64,000 nucleotides of DNA from assembly GCF_009914755.1 (NCBI RefSeq), contig NC_060935.1; one strand, 5' to 3'. A program made the position numbers and the translations under genes. Shown here piece by piece: positions 1-12,550 of the stretch. How positions within the stretch are numbered: position 1 is the stretch's first letter; every line of letters begins with the position of its first letter. The notes under the pieces are model-generated. The model ran no database searches. It saw nothing but the letters and a program-made list of their open reading frames with translations, and had not been told where the DNA came from. The stretch comes from the human T2T-CHM13v2.0 reference genome, Homo sapiens.

Positions 1-419
1 CACTATGGGAACCTGTTGTCTTCCATGAAGAATTAGGTCGGCACAAAGCTCTAAGTTGTGTTACTAGGTAAAGTGAGATTAACTTGGGAATTGAAGGGAA
101 AGAAACTGGATTCAGAAACGTGTTCTTGTAGATTGTAAACAGATGAATAGAAAAACGTAACTAAAAGGAAGGATACCCGCTTCCACCTCCCACAAAGTCA
201 GGGCTGACCTTACCTGCACAGCCAACAGAATCTTCCTACCCATCTTTGAGCAGAAGTTTGCAAAGCTCTAGAGTAGAGGGTAGTCCATCTGGAATTTTGC
301 ATCATCACTATCCATTTTCAGCTCTCTATAAGCCTGGCCTGTCTGCTCACTCCAGCATTCTCTATTTATCTCCTCATGACGTGCTATCTCAAATTGGAAA
401 GCATTCACCTGCAAGGACC

Positions 420-868
420 AGAAGACCTGATGAATAAATAGAGTTTAATTTCTCAAGTATAACTGGTCTGGAGTAGGTTATGTTGGGTTGCTGCAGTGGT
501 TCAATGAGGTCAATAGGAACCAGGTTCTTTGTCTTTGCACTCAGCCACACCAAGCTAGCATGCTAGCTTGTTTCCTTAATGTAGCCAGGTACCTTTGCCA
601 GGTCTAAGTAGCCAGACCCACTGTAAAAACAGGGGTAAATGAAGCTCTAGTCTGGCTGTCCTTTTTATCAAGAAAGGATACACCTTCCTGAAAACTCAAC
701 AGTGGACTTCAGCTTATTCAAAAGTGTGTCACTTGGTCACGCCTAGCTGCAGGGCAGGGTGCAGAAACAAGTGTTTATAGATTTTCCAGCCTCCCTGGTG
801 GAGACAGGCAAGAGAGAAGGGGCCTGGGAATGGTGTTGGGAATTGGCTTCCCCAACAGTGTTTGCCAC
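420..868 (-). mobile_element. Old MLT1-type MaLR LTR
   Basis: Motifs GGTCACGCCTAGCTGCAGGG and terminal GCCACA; boundaries approximate. Confidence 0.45.
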
Positions 869-1531
869 ACACACTTTCCAGAGCCACATGCATTTGCTCG
901 ATTCCTTCCAGAAGTGACTCCCACAACCCAATATAGTGCTTCAACTGTGGTCTGATTGGCCTGAGGTTGAATGGGACTAGTGCCTTCCTTGCCAAAAAAG
1001 CCATCTGATTAGTACTGTATCATTTGGGGCAGCTGCAGTACTGCCTCCTCCCCCTTCTCTCCTGAATATGAATTATTGTTAGGTCAGGTTTTTTACATCT
1101 TGTATAGGTGCTTTTTTGAACTTAAGATAGGACTTCTCTTTCATTTCTGTCAAAACCTGTTTGTTGAATGGCCCCACAGTCCAGCTTGTCATTAGTGACC
1201 CTTGGAATCTTTGTGTGACTTGTAGATCCAATACATGCCTCTGTGCCTTTCATCCTTGTTTATTCATAAATTCAACAAACATTTTTGTTTACTTACTAGA
1301 TGCATGGCATTGTTCTAGGAACATCCAAATCAATGATAAACACTTTAGGGTGGGACCAGGCTCCCGATCAAGTGAGTGATAGTCTTTTGGCTACCACTCT
1401 CAGGACACAGTTATTCAAACACCCAACTTTGCCCACCTCTCCATCCTTTTCGTAAAGATGTCCGTGTTCTCAGAGAGGATTTGCTGAGGTTAAAATATGA
1501 CCGATGCCTGTAGCATCTCGAGAGCTGCCGT

Positions 1532-1685
1532 CGGTGCCAGCTTCATGGGCATGTGACCTCTGCAGTTTCACAAGGCCCCATGCTTGGTTTAATGCCCTGT
1601 CACCATCTTGAAAACGTAATTTTTGAACAAGGATCCCTGCATTTTCATTTTGTACTGGGCCCCACAAATTATGTAACTGGTCCTG
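1532..1685 (+). mobile_element. MER91A-like hAT MITE
   Basis: Resembles recalled MER91A consensus (GCTTCATGGGC...CATTTTCATTTTG...GGTCCTG). Confidence 0.7.
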
Positions 1686-4016
1686 ATTCCCATACTGGTA
1701 ACAGATCTGCAGCTGTAGATGTGATAGGCCTGCCTCTATGCCTTTCATTCTTGCGTATTCATGAATTCAACAAACCCTTTTGTGTACTTACTAGAGGCTT
1801 GGCATTGTTCTAGGAACATCCAAATCAATGACATTTTGGGCTGGGGTACAGGCTTGATTATTTTAAGAAAAAGAATCTATGTCTTTATTTCATATATATA
1901 TATGTAAAATAATTATCAAGCAGAGTCCTGTGGATGGACAAATTTAAAAATAAATAAAACAAGCTCCTTTTGCAGTGGCACGTGCTTAATCGTTTTCTTG
2001 TTGCTGCTTTTCTTAATAATTTTCTATCAGATACCCATACTTACCAGGGTATGGAACAAGGATTATCATGCTATCTCAGCTAAATACTTCATGTTGGGCT
2101 TGTCTCTTCTACTCCCTTGTTTATGCAGCACTCAAGAGTGATCTCTCTTGCCCGATGAAGGTTTTGTCACCTCTCTAGCACGTGTCAGTGGCTGTGAAAT
2201 ACTGTCCAGTCCCTTATCACTTCCAGGGTCCCAGTTCCAGGGACTTGCTTCCACAGAAAGCCAGGTCTACTCAGATGATGTTCAGACAGTTTGGCCGCAG
2301 GAGCTGGACTTCTGCTTTTCCTCAGCAATGCAAAATGGACAAACTGCTTTCTTTACTAAGTGCTTTCAAAATATCTTTAATAAAGTGTATGTCAGGGATC
2401 AGTCAACTGTATCAGTTTACAATGTCTACGTTAGTCTACTTCCCCATGTTTTGAAAACTAGGCAGACCGTACCAAGGCCTCTGTGTCTTTTATTAACCAG
2501 CACCGTCTTCCCAAGAGTGACCCTGCCACTGGCTGGCCCCTGTGGCTCTGTGGTGCTGGTAGTGTTCTCACAGCTTCTGCTCCTTAGCTGTCCTTCGGGC
2601 CCGGCTCCTTCACAGATGGTCTGCTGGCCAGGGTGCTATGGAGTTGGAATGTCCAGAGCCTCCCCTCGCTGATGCATTCACTGCTTTGGAACCTGCTGGC
2701 TTTCCTCTGGAGTACTGAAATAGCTTTACCTGTGTTGTCGGTTCAGGCCTGACCCTGCCCAGCATTACCTCCAGGGTGTCACAGTTCCCTTCTGTCCAGG
2801 TACCTTTCAAGCCACATTGCCACATCAATGAAAAGCCTCAAAAACACTTCCATGAGATACAAGATTATCTGCAAGGCAAACGAGGAAGTTTTTAATACCC
2901 TATTTGTTGACAGAATGAGGCTTCCAGCAGATGGTGCTTGGAAAGTTACTTCCCCCTCACTGTCATCCCTTGCCCCTGGGCCAGCTTAGGGACCTAACTT
3001 AGGAAAGGATCCTCCCCAGCTTCCTTCTGGCTGAGTAGCCTGCCAGGGTCTTAAGCAACAGTGATTCTGTTCCCCTCTCACTCATTTCTTCTGTCCCAGC
3101 ACAAGTACATGCACCATTCTTTTACCTTCTGGCACATTAATTCATTTCCTAGTTCTTTGAATTAAACCACATCATGAAGGCCCTTTTGTGGAAAAAGAGA
3201 ACAGTTTCTCTGTATTTTTCCAAAGAGCAGATTAAGGACCAGTGAATAAGGTGAGAAACTAGTCCACTGTGTATTAGAACGAGGGAGGGCTGAGTCATAA
3301 GAGCAAGGGCATGACAGAGTGGGGCACACCCTCCTTGTCACCGGAAGACCCCAGCAGGAGTTGAGTGGTTGTATGTCTGGAAGGCAGTGGGTGGGATTCA
3401 CACAGCCCAAGCTCTCAGGCACTATAGCTTGGGTATTTACCTGCTTCAGTCTCTTTACCAAATGTTGTCCTATCTTAATGGCTGGCTTTATTGGAACATT
3501 TAGATTTTTTCCTGTATTTAAACTGAAGAAGGGGTAAGAAGAATCTAAGCGGGGAGTTTTGCTTTTCTGAATGCAAATAGTCCGGCCCTGGATGGAGGGA
3601 TAACATTTGAGAGTAGTAGTTCTCAGCCCTATGTACATTAGAATCACATTAACGTGGAAGTGGGATGGGTTTAAAAATACCCCAGTGATCAGCCCCATGC
3701 CAGACCATCAGCATAAAAACAAAAACAAAAAACACTGCTCCGAATGTTGAGAACCACTGTTTTAGAGAGCTCCCTGTACGTGGAGGTTTTCAAGTTGAAG
3801 GCAGATGATGGCTGAGATGTTGGAGAGGGGATTCTTGAAGAGTCCTTCCAAATCTCAGATTCTCTGACTCTCCATAGAGTTGTTATTATTAGAGCAATGA
3901 AATATGATTCTCTGGACCATGATACCTTCAAAAGAACACGTGCAAGCTGAATTCTGCTTTGAAATATAACTTACTTTAATTGGACTTTCTTCCTATAATA
4001 ATTAGATGATATGCAG

Positions 4017-4018
<2 letters not shown>

Positions 4019-4062
<44 letters not shown>
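4019..4062. repeat. (AC)22 microsatellite
   Basis: Pure dinucleotide run. Confidence 0.97.
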
Positions 4063-4066
<4 letters not shown>

Positions 4067-4241
4067 TTACAGTTCTTCAGAGACGTTTGTTTTCAGCATC
4101 CTGCACTCAGGATATCACTGAAACTGTTAGTGTTCCTGTGCTTTGGATGCTTAGAAAGCACATCCTCTATTTGTTATCAGGGTGATTACAAATTATGTTT
4201 CCTACAGTATGAGAAATTGATTATCCATTTCTCCTGATTAG

Positions 4242-4334
4242 GCAGCAGATGGATTTTTGTTTGTCGTAGGATGTGACCGAGGGAAGATACTCTTTGTCTC
4301 AGAGTCTGTCTTCAAGATCCTCAACTACAGCCAG
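4242..4334 (+). CDS. BMAL1: BMAL1 coding exon, aa ~154-184 (PAS-A start)
   Basis: ttag|GCA...CAG|gtattg; 93 nt translates [31 protein letters not shown]. Upstream bHLH exons lie outside the window. Confidence 0.97.
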
Positions 4335-5406
4335 GTATTGTTCATGCTCCTGTTGATGGTGGGCAGCCTCACAGCAGTCAGAAGTGTCACTCAATTTTGT
4401 CAGAATAATTATAGTATACAAGTCACATGTGAACTTCTTCCAGAAAATTCTTAACTTCTTAACAGATAAATTAATTTAGACTTAGAACAATCTTGTAATA
4501 TGTTCCGTATTCCCCCCATTGAAAGATCTGACTCTGATCTGATCGATAGCATTATGGCTTTCTTCTATTGCTGCAAAATAAATATCCCACAATATGTGGC
4601 AAGGACAGAGGGTAAGAGGCTATCTGACAAGGGAGAAAGGTAGGCAGGTTAACACAATACCAGAGAATACGTCACTTGGAAATCCACTCCATACTGTGTT
4701 TGCAGTGCTGTGTCACTTCTTAGCTCTATTGAACCTCAGTTTACTCTAAAAATTAATGATAACTTATAGGATCAAATAAGAGTAACATTTATAAACGCTT
4801 CTAGAACAGAACTTTTCACCTATTATGTCCCCCAGAGTTTTTATTCATTTATTCATTCACTCACACACTGGTATTTGCATGGAAGCTTGGTAGGCAGAAG
4901 ACTTGAAGAATCAAAATGACATTTATGTAAATTAGAATTAATGTAAATTTAATTTTTCCAAAGATTTCTGCTCTTTTTAGTCTCAGAGCAAAGTTATGGA
5001 GGAAGTTGCTGTTATCTCTGTTAATAGACAAGGTGACTGAAGCATATGATATGCGTGACTTGCTTGAGAACAGAGAGGCTGAACAGCAGAGCTGGAATCA
5101 GAGCCCACCCCTATCTTCTGCCTTCTGAGGTCTTACAGGGGAATTCCAAGATTGTTGCCTTAGAAGAGCATAAACTGTTTATATAATTGAGGGTTTTCCC
5201 GTCATGTTATCAAAACCAACCTCCAGATGCCTCCTTCCTGGTGTCAGGCAAAGTGGTTGGACATATGTACAGGTTCACATAGGAAAAGTTTGAGGTCTCA
5301 TGCACAAAAACACAAAGGCAACATGCAGACTGTGCATGCTTACTTGTTGCATAATTGATTTTCTGCATGCAATTGACTTGTCATGTTTAACATTTCATCT
5401 CCCCAG

Positions 5407-5524
5407 AATGATCTGATTGGTCAGAGTTTGTTTGACTACCTGCATCCTAAAGATATTGCCAAAGTCAAGGAGCAGCTCTCCTCCTCTGACACCGCACCCC
5501 GGGAGCGGCTCATAGATGCAAAAA
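5407..5524 (+). CDS. BMAL1: BMAL1 coding exon (PAS-A)
   Basis: cccag|AAT...AAAA|gtgagt; 118 nt, [39 protein letters not shown]. Confidence 0.97.
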
Positions 5525-6160
5525 GTGAGTACCAGAGAGGCCTCGCATTTCCTCAGCAGCCCACTCACAGGCAGCCAACCCTGAGTGAGCAGAGGGCGGG
5601 TGTGTGTGATGGGCTCAGCCTTTCCAGTCCTACTTCTCTGTCCTCTTTCTGGGGCACCAGAGCTATCTTTGGCTAAATGGAATTATTTATGTTCTTTGGT
5701 CTTTTACATAAAAAGAAGAAAAAAATCTCAATGTCCAAATTTATTGAAAAGAAGAGCTATTTAGACTGGATTCTTTCTGATTTTTAGACTTTTCTTTTTT
5801 CTTTCAGAATCTAGAAAATCCCAGTTGTATGCTCCTGAGTTTAAAGGGCTAAGTTTGATTTGTTCTCCCAGAACAAATGGGCTCTATTTACCTGAATTGC
5901 ACACAGGCAGCCTCATAAAAGTAAGAAAACGTCAACTATAAATATGGTGTTTCTTCAACCAAAGTGTTCCTCCTTAGGTTGGCTCCCCCACCTGGCTTTC
6001 TTCTTTTGCAGTAGTGGAACCACCATCCACATCGCTCCCTCTGCCCCCAGCTTCCTGCTACTGCACACACTTCTGTGCAAGGCCCCAGTAGCTGTCATCT
6101 ACTTTAGTCCTGTGGGAGGCTGTACACTCCTACAGTTAAGAATGAGAGAATGAGGACTCT

Positions 6161-6470
6161 GGCTGGGCGCAGTGGCTCACATCTGTAATCCCAGCACTTC
6201 GGGAGGCTGAGGCAGGTGGATCTCTTGAGGTCAGGGGTTTGCAACCAACCTGGCCAACATGGCAAAACCCCGTCTCTACTAATAATACAAAAATTAGACA
6301 GGTGTGGTGGTGCGTGCCTGTAATCCAAGCTACTTGGGAGGCTGAGGCAGGAGAGTTTCTTGAATCCAGGAGGTGGGGGTTGCAGTAAGCTGAGATTGTA
6401 CCACTGACTGCACTCCAGCCTGGGTAACAGAGCAAGACTCTGTCTCAGAAAAAAAAAAAAAAAAAAAAAA
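6161..6470 (+). mobile_element. AluS
   Basis: Dimeric Alu with long A tail. Confidence 0.93.
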
Positions 6471-6489
6471 GAATGAGAACACAAGGGAG

Positions 6490-6690
6490 ATTACTGGGCT
6501 CATTCCGGCTCCACCATTCACTAGCTGTGTGACCTTGAGCAAGTTACTTAACCTCTCTCTGTCTCAGTTTTCTCATTTATGGAAGAGTACCTATTTCTTT
6601 GGGTTGTTGTGAGGATTGAAAGTGTTAATGTATATAAAGCAGGCAGAACAGTTCCTAGCACATAGTAAGAACAGTATCAGTGTGGCCTAA
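6490..6690 (+). mobile_element. MIR
   Basis: Core CTAGCTGTGTGACCTTGAGCAAGTTACTTAACCTCTCT. Confidence 0.75.
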
Positions 6691-7417
6691 TGTCTTGCTC
6701 CCAAGCTGTCCACGTTAATCCCTGGAAAAAAATACCACCAGATAATCTCCTTCAAGTCATCTCTTTCATTACAGCACACCGCTTGTTCCTAAAAGTAAAA
6801 TGCAGACTTTGGTATCTGTTGTTCTTTATAGTCTAGCCTTGGCTTTTTTAAGTGACCTTAGGAGAAAAATATGAATGGCATTTGGGCCTTGCCTTTGAGG
6901 CTCTTAGCATATAGTCAGAGAAATGAGACAGACAGCACCCTGCATAGTAATAGGTACAGCCATAGAAATAGTGCCAGGCATAGAGAACGGATGATTAATT
7001 CTCATGTGGGCGCAAGGACAGGCATCACTGAGTAGATGACAACCGAGGTGGGTTTGAAAAGATGAATTAATGTTTGCCAGGTAATGAAGGGAGGAACAAA
7101 GAGGAAACAATCTGTGCACAGGTGCAGGGGTGTGGAGCCACATGGCTTGCTTGGTGCTATTGGACAAAACGTGCACGGAGGGGAAGGGCTGAACCATGAA
7201 GACCATTTGTTCTGTGGGGACACAGTGAAGAGCTCTGAGTTGGGTGGGGCAGGCTCGGATTGGCATTCTAGGGGAGATCGCAGAGCTGGCAATGTGGGAG
7301 GTAGATGGGATGGGAGGAAGCCCAGAAGGAGCCCTGGGCAGTGGCCATTCCTCGGCACACTTGCTCGTGTGATGGCCATGGGTGTGTTTTCCCTCGGCTT
7401 CTGTACTGACACCTAGC

Positions 7418-7890
7418 CAGTGTTTGGTAAGGAGGTGTGCTCCTCAGAATCACCTGGGAGCTTTTCAACATAGTCATGCTCCACCCCCAGAGATTCTAAT
7501 TTGGTTTTTCCAGACAGCACAGTCCAATAAAAACATAATGCAAACCACAAACATGAGCCACATATATAATTTCATATTTTCTGGTAGCCAGACTTTAAAA
7601 AATAAAAATAAATGTAAAATTAACTCCAAAATATTTCAGCATGTAATAATTATAAACAACTAATAAGTTCGTTCACATTCTTTTATTTTTCTATACTGTC
7701 TTTGAAATCCTGTGTGTATTTAACACTTACAGCACATTTCAATTCAGAAAAGCCACATTTCAAGTGCTCAGTACCTGCATGCAGCTAGTGGCTAATGCAT
7801 TGGACAGCACAGATCTAGAATGGGGTCCAGGAATCTGTAGGTTGATCATGCATCCAGGGTATTCTGGCCTACAAGCCAGGTTGAGAACTT
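7418..7890. mobile_element. MER5A-like element with nested MER33/MER3-like element (about 7515-7812)
   Basis: TCAGAATCACCTGGG...GTTGAGAAC outer ends; inner ends CAGCACAGTCCAATA...TTGGACAGCACAG. Confidence 0.6.
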
Positions 7891-8360
7891 AAGGCAGTCC
7901 GGCTCCCACCTTGCCTTCCCAATATCCATATCCTACCCATCCTTCAGTGCCAGCCCAAGTTCCTTCTCCTCTGGGAAGCACAGGTTGTCTTTGCCATTTA
8001 TTTGGCACTAATCATACATCACCCTGTCCTATTATTAATCTTTTCTTGGTGCACCGCCATTTGCCCTTTGTTAGCCATAAGCGTCTATTGGGCAAGAACC
8101 CCATACTATATTTCTTTTCATCCCCAGAGTACCTAATCCATTTATTTAGTAGCACACTCTGTGATTTATAAACATTTCCAGACTGACAACACACCTGTCC
8201 ATGCTGCATCTGTTAAAGCCTAAACTTGGGAGATATTTATCTCATGTCATCATTATAAAACAGTGAGGCAGGCAAGAAAAGGCTTTGCTCAAGGTCACAC
8301 TCCCCCTCCTGACAGACAACACTGCTCTCAGTTTATCACATTTTGTGTATTGATTTGCAG

Positions 8361-8510
8361 CTGGACTTCCAGTTAAAACAGATATAACCCCTGGGCCATC
8401 TCGATTATGTTCTGGAGCACGACGTTCTTTCTTCTGTAGGATGAAGTGTAACAGGCCTTCAGTAAAGGTTGAAGACAAGGACTTCCCCTCTACCTGCTCA
8501 AAGAAAAAAG
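8361..8510 (+). CDS. BMAL1: BMAL1 coding exon (PAS-A loop, includes SVKVE SUMO motif)
   Basis: ttgcag|CT...AAAG|gtaac; 150 nt, (T)[49 protein letters not shown]. Confidence 0.97.
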
Positions 8511-10905
8511 GTAACAATTTAACAGTCCATTAAAACCCTGTGACAGGTGAAGCATGCTTTCTGCAGCGGAGCTCTCAGCTGGGCGTTGGTTCCATGGTTT
8601 CTGGCTGGCCAGAGTGGCAGGTCCCAGGACTGCAGACAGGACCCTGCAGTCCTCCCTATGTGTAGGGCAGTTGGGAGCAGAGGAGAGAGCTGAAAAGCCT
8701 GATGGCAGAGATTTGTGGAGAGGCCTCCTCTGTTTAAATTGTGTTTCTTTTAACATGATTGAGGAAGAATACTCTCAGCCACAATCCTAACTGCCTTATG
8801 AACAGCCACCAGTCCACCAAAATTACTCTGAGCTCACCAGTGACCTTGATGTTGTTAAATGCGATGAACATTTTTCCTTTGTCTTCCTTCTTGAAGTGTT
8901 CTCTTCTCCTGGATTCCATGAAACCACATTCTTCTTCCTCCTCCCCGACCCCCTGCTGCTACAGGCTCTCTTGCTGGCCCCTTTGCTGGCTGCCCCTCTC
9001 TGTCCTGGGCTGCATCTCTGTCTGCAGTCTCTCTCTGTTGGTCATGTCATCTACTCCCTCAGCTTTAAATGCCAACAACTTCCACATTCATATTTCCAGC
9101 CTAGACTTGTCTTTTGAACTCCAGATTCATAAATATACTGCTTACTAAATCAACCTGCTTTGGATATCTCAGGGGAGTCTCCAACAGGATACGTGCCGAA
9201 GTAATCACCTGAGCCTCTCCTCCAGCATAAATGGCACTGCCATCCAGCTGGCTGCTCATGCTAGAAGCCGGGGAGGTGCCCTCACTTCTGCTTCACCACC
9301 CCACTCTTCAATCCCGTTAGTTATGAAGTCCTGCCACAATGAGTCCCATCTGCAAAAGTTCTCTGAAATGTTTGTCCCTTTCCATGCTGCCTACTTTCAC
9401 TCAGCTCCAGGCTGCCCCCAACTCTCACCAGGTCTCATAAAGTGTAGACCCACATGCTCCCCACCCCCAACACAGCAGCCAGGATGATCTTTTTATCAGT
9501 CCCCTTTTAAAAACCCTTCAGTGTTCCCTATTGTTCTTGAAGAAAAGCTCAAAATATTTAACGTGACCATGCAGCCCCCGACCCTGCCACTAAGCACATG
9601 TGAGCCATGTTGACTTCCTTTGATGCCTCAAGCCCCTTCTGGGCAATGCTTCTGCACATGCTGTCGCTTCCTGGTTGGAATTTCTTCCCTCTCCCCATGA
9701 ACTCCCTTCACATGGCTCTCTCCAACCTCAGACTGCCTTATGTCTTATAGCACCCTACTGGTTTGCTTTCTAGTGCTTTCTTATACTTGCTGTTATATAG
9801 TTATTTGTGCGATTATTTGTTTAAAGTCTGTCTCCCCCACTAGGCTGTAAACTCCACAAGGGCATGTCTGATTTGTTTTTCACTCTATTCCAGTAACCAG
9901 CACAGACTCCACGCTTGGCAGACACTCCATAGTGGTTTGCTTGTTGGTGAAGTCTATAGGTGCTCCACATTTAATGTGTCCCAAATCGAACTATCTTTTT
10001 TCTCTCTCTCTCTTCTAGTCTGTTTTCTTTCTTCTCTGAGTCAGTGAATGACACCAGCAACCACCCAATCCAGAAAAGTTAGAGTCATCTTCATTTGTTT
10101 CTTTCCCTTAAGCCTGATATTCACAGCAAATCCCAACAGTTTGATCTCAGAAATTTCTCCTGCTTTCTTTCTCTGCTCCCTCTCATCTTCACTGCACTGC
10201 CATAGTTCAGTCCTCCTAATCTCTTGCTGTATTATAGCCACTGGCCCCTGAATCAGCCTTCCTACTTCTGTTTTCTACTGTCTTCCAGTTCATACGTCAC
10301 TCTGCTCCTACAGCATCCAAACCACAATTTGATTTTGCTGTTTCTGCACTTAAATACCTGTAGATGCTCTCCATTTCCTGCCTTAAAAAGACAGACCAAC
10401 ATTGGTTAGAAAGTAATCCAAGGCCCTTTTAATCTTCCTCCAACCTGCCTTTCCAATTTGCCCCTCACTCCCAGTACCTCCAATTTCACTTCAACCACAC
10501 AGAGCTCTTGGCCAGTTCCTATATAGGCTGTGCCTCTGTGCCTGTGTACGTCATCAGCCTTTATACATTCTAGTCCCTCAGCCACTGCTCATCCTTCTTG
10601 ATCCACCTCCTCTACTGGTTTTTTGGGGGAGCCTTCCTCTCCCTAGGAAGAGTTAGATATTCCTTCCTTGGTGTATGTAATGAATGTCCATGGTATAACT
10701 GGCCCTACTTAAGCATTCTGACACTGGATGACAGTTTGTTTCTCTTTCCGTCTGCCCCTTTCATTAGATGCTTACTTCTGGAGAGTGAAGCCTTGATTTT
10801 TTTTTATTTTTTGACTCCCTACCTACATCCCATCCCACCATCGGCCGTGTACACCTCCATGGCCCAAACCTAGTGCTGACACTAACCACGAACTTTGCTT
10901 TCTAG

Positions 10906-11152
10906 CAGATCGAAAAAGCTTCTGCACAATCCACAGCACAGGCTATTTGAAAAGCTGGCCACCCACAAAGATGGGGCTGGATGAAGACAACGAACCAGAC
11001 AATGAGGGGTGTAACCTCAGCTGCCTCGTCGCAATTGGACGACTGCATTCTCATGTAGTTCCACAACCAGTGAACGGGGAAATCAGGGTGAAATCTATGG
11101 AATATGTTTCTCGGCACGCGATAGATGGAAAGTTTGTTTTTGTAGACCAGAG
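10906..11152 (+). CDS. BMAL1: BMAL1 coding exon (PAS-A end to PAS-B start), NAGNAG acceptor
   Basis: Branch-point-like ACTAAC at 10881-10886; tag|CAG|AT acceptor; donor AG|gtaag; (A)DRKSFCTIHSTGYLKSWPP...HAIDGKFVFVDQ(R). Confidence 0.97.
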
Positions 11153-11270
11153 GTAAGAGTCTACATACTACCCTTGAGCAATGATGGTAGAGGATTTTCA
11201 ACCCTGATCTAAAAAGCAGAGAAGACTGGGCCATCAGCTGGCTTTTCTAAGAATGAAGAAAGAAAGAAAA

Positions 11271-11562
11271 AGCTGGGTGCAGTGGCTCACACCTCAAATC
11301 CCAGCACTTTTTGAGGCCAAGGTGGGTGGATCACTTGAGCCCAGGAGTTTGAGACTAGCCTGGGCAACGTGGCAAAACCCTGTCTCAACTAAAAATACAA
11401 AAATTAGCCAGGCATGGTGACACATACCTGTAGTCCCATCTACTCTGGAGGCTGAAGCAGGAGGATCAGCTGAGCCTCGGGAGGTCAAGGCTGCAGTGAG
11501 CTGTGATTGCACCACTGCACTTCCGCCTGGGCAACAGAGTGAGACCCTGTTTCAAAAAAAAA
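11271..11562 (+). mobile_element. AluJ
   Basis: Dimeric Alu with GAGCCCAGGAG and GAGACCCTG J-type diagnostics. Confidence 0.9.
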
Positions 11563-12257
11563 GAGACAAATGATGAGAGTCTCTGTTAAAAAATGAGATT
11601 CAATAGGATATCATCATAAATACAGAGATTTTTCTGTCATTCTTTGGCATATAGAGACAATTAAGTGGGGTGCCTTGATGTCCATGGCTAAAAGAAAAAC
11701 AGTAGGGATAGCATGCTGTCTGAATCTATGGAATGTTCCAGAACCATTATTGTGATTGAAATTCTTTTGAATCTAGGACTTGGAAGCAATTATTTAGTCC
11801 TGAGCTGTCCAATAAAATACTCGTTGGCCATGGTAGCCTCCCATGTGGCTAACGGCACAGACATAGAACATTTCCATCATCACAGAAAGTCTTGTTGGAC
11901 AGCGTTGATCTAATCCAACCTCCTTATTTTATGGATGAAGAACAGAGGCCAGCCTGGGGACTGGTCTCCTGTAGGATTCACAATTAATTGGTAATAGACC
12001 TGGACCAAGGACCCAGGTGTCCCAAATTTACTGCTGCCTACTGCTTTCCCTCAGAATATGCACAGGCTAATAATTTTTCTGGCTACTAGAGACAGCCACA
12101 ACATGCTGGAAAAAGAGACAGCCTCAGCTGTCTTGTGGCCTCAGCTGCTGCAGCTTCTGGCATTTGGTTGTCCTGATAAAAAGGAGGCAGCAAAAACTAG
12201 AAGCCTTGCACTGAGGTTTAGATTTATACCACATTTTAATCTAATTAATGTGGTTCC

Positions 12258-12550
12258 TTTTTTAAAGACAGATCTCAGTCTGTCACCCAGGCTAGATCTA
12301 GTGCAGTGGCGAGATCTTGGCTTACTGTAGCCTTGACCTCCCGGGCTCAAGCAGTCCTCCCACCTCAGCCTCCCAGGTAGCTGTGACCATAGGCATGTGC
12401 CACCATACCCAGCTCATTGTTCTGTGTTTTTGGTAAAGACAGGGTTTCACCATGTTGCCCAAGCTAATCTTGAATTCCTGAGCTCAGACAATCTGCCCAA
12501 CTCGGCCTCCCAAAGTGCTGGGATGACAGGCATGAACCACCATGCCCGAC
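12258..12550 (-). mobile_element. AluJ
   Basis: Reverse-complement Alu, diverged. Confidence 0.88.

Noticed and set aside
1071-1086. RORE-like TTGTTAGGTCA
   Set aside because: Incomplete match to WAWNTRGGTCA; half-sites are common by chance.
2148-3698. ORFs 2148..2672 (174 aa) and 3162..3698 (178 aa)
   Set aside because: No recognisable domain or splice support, the first lacks an ATG start and the second begins in a MER5-like repeat; consistent with chance intronic ORFs.
4239-4248. Tandem acceptors TAG-G-CAG-CAG
   Set aside because: The alternative AGs remove 4 or 7 nt and shift frame; no support for their use.
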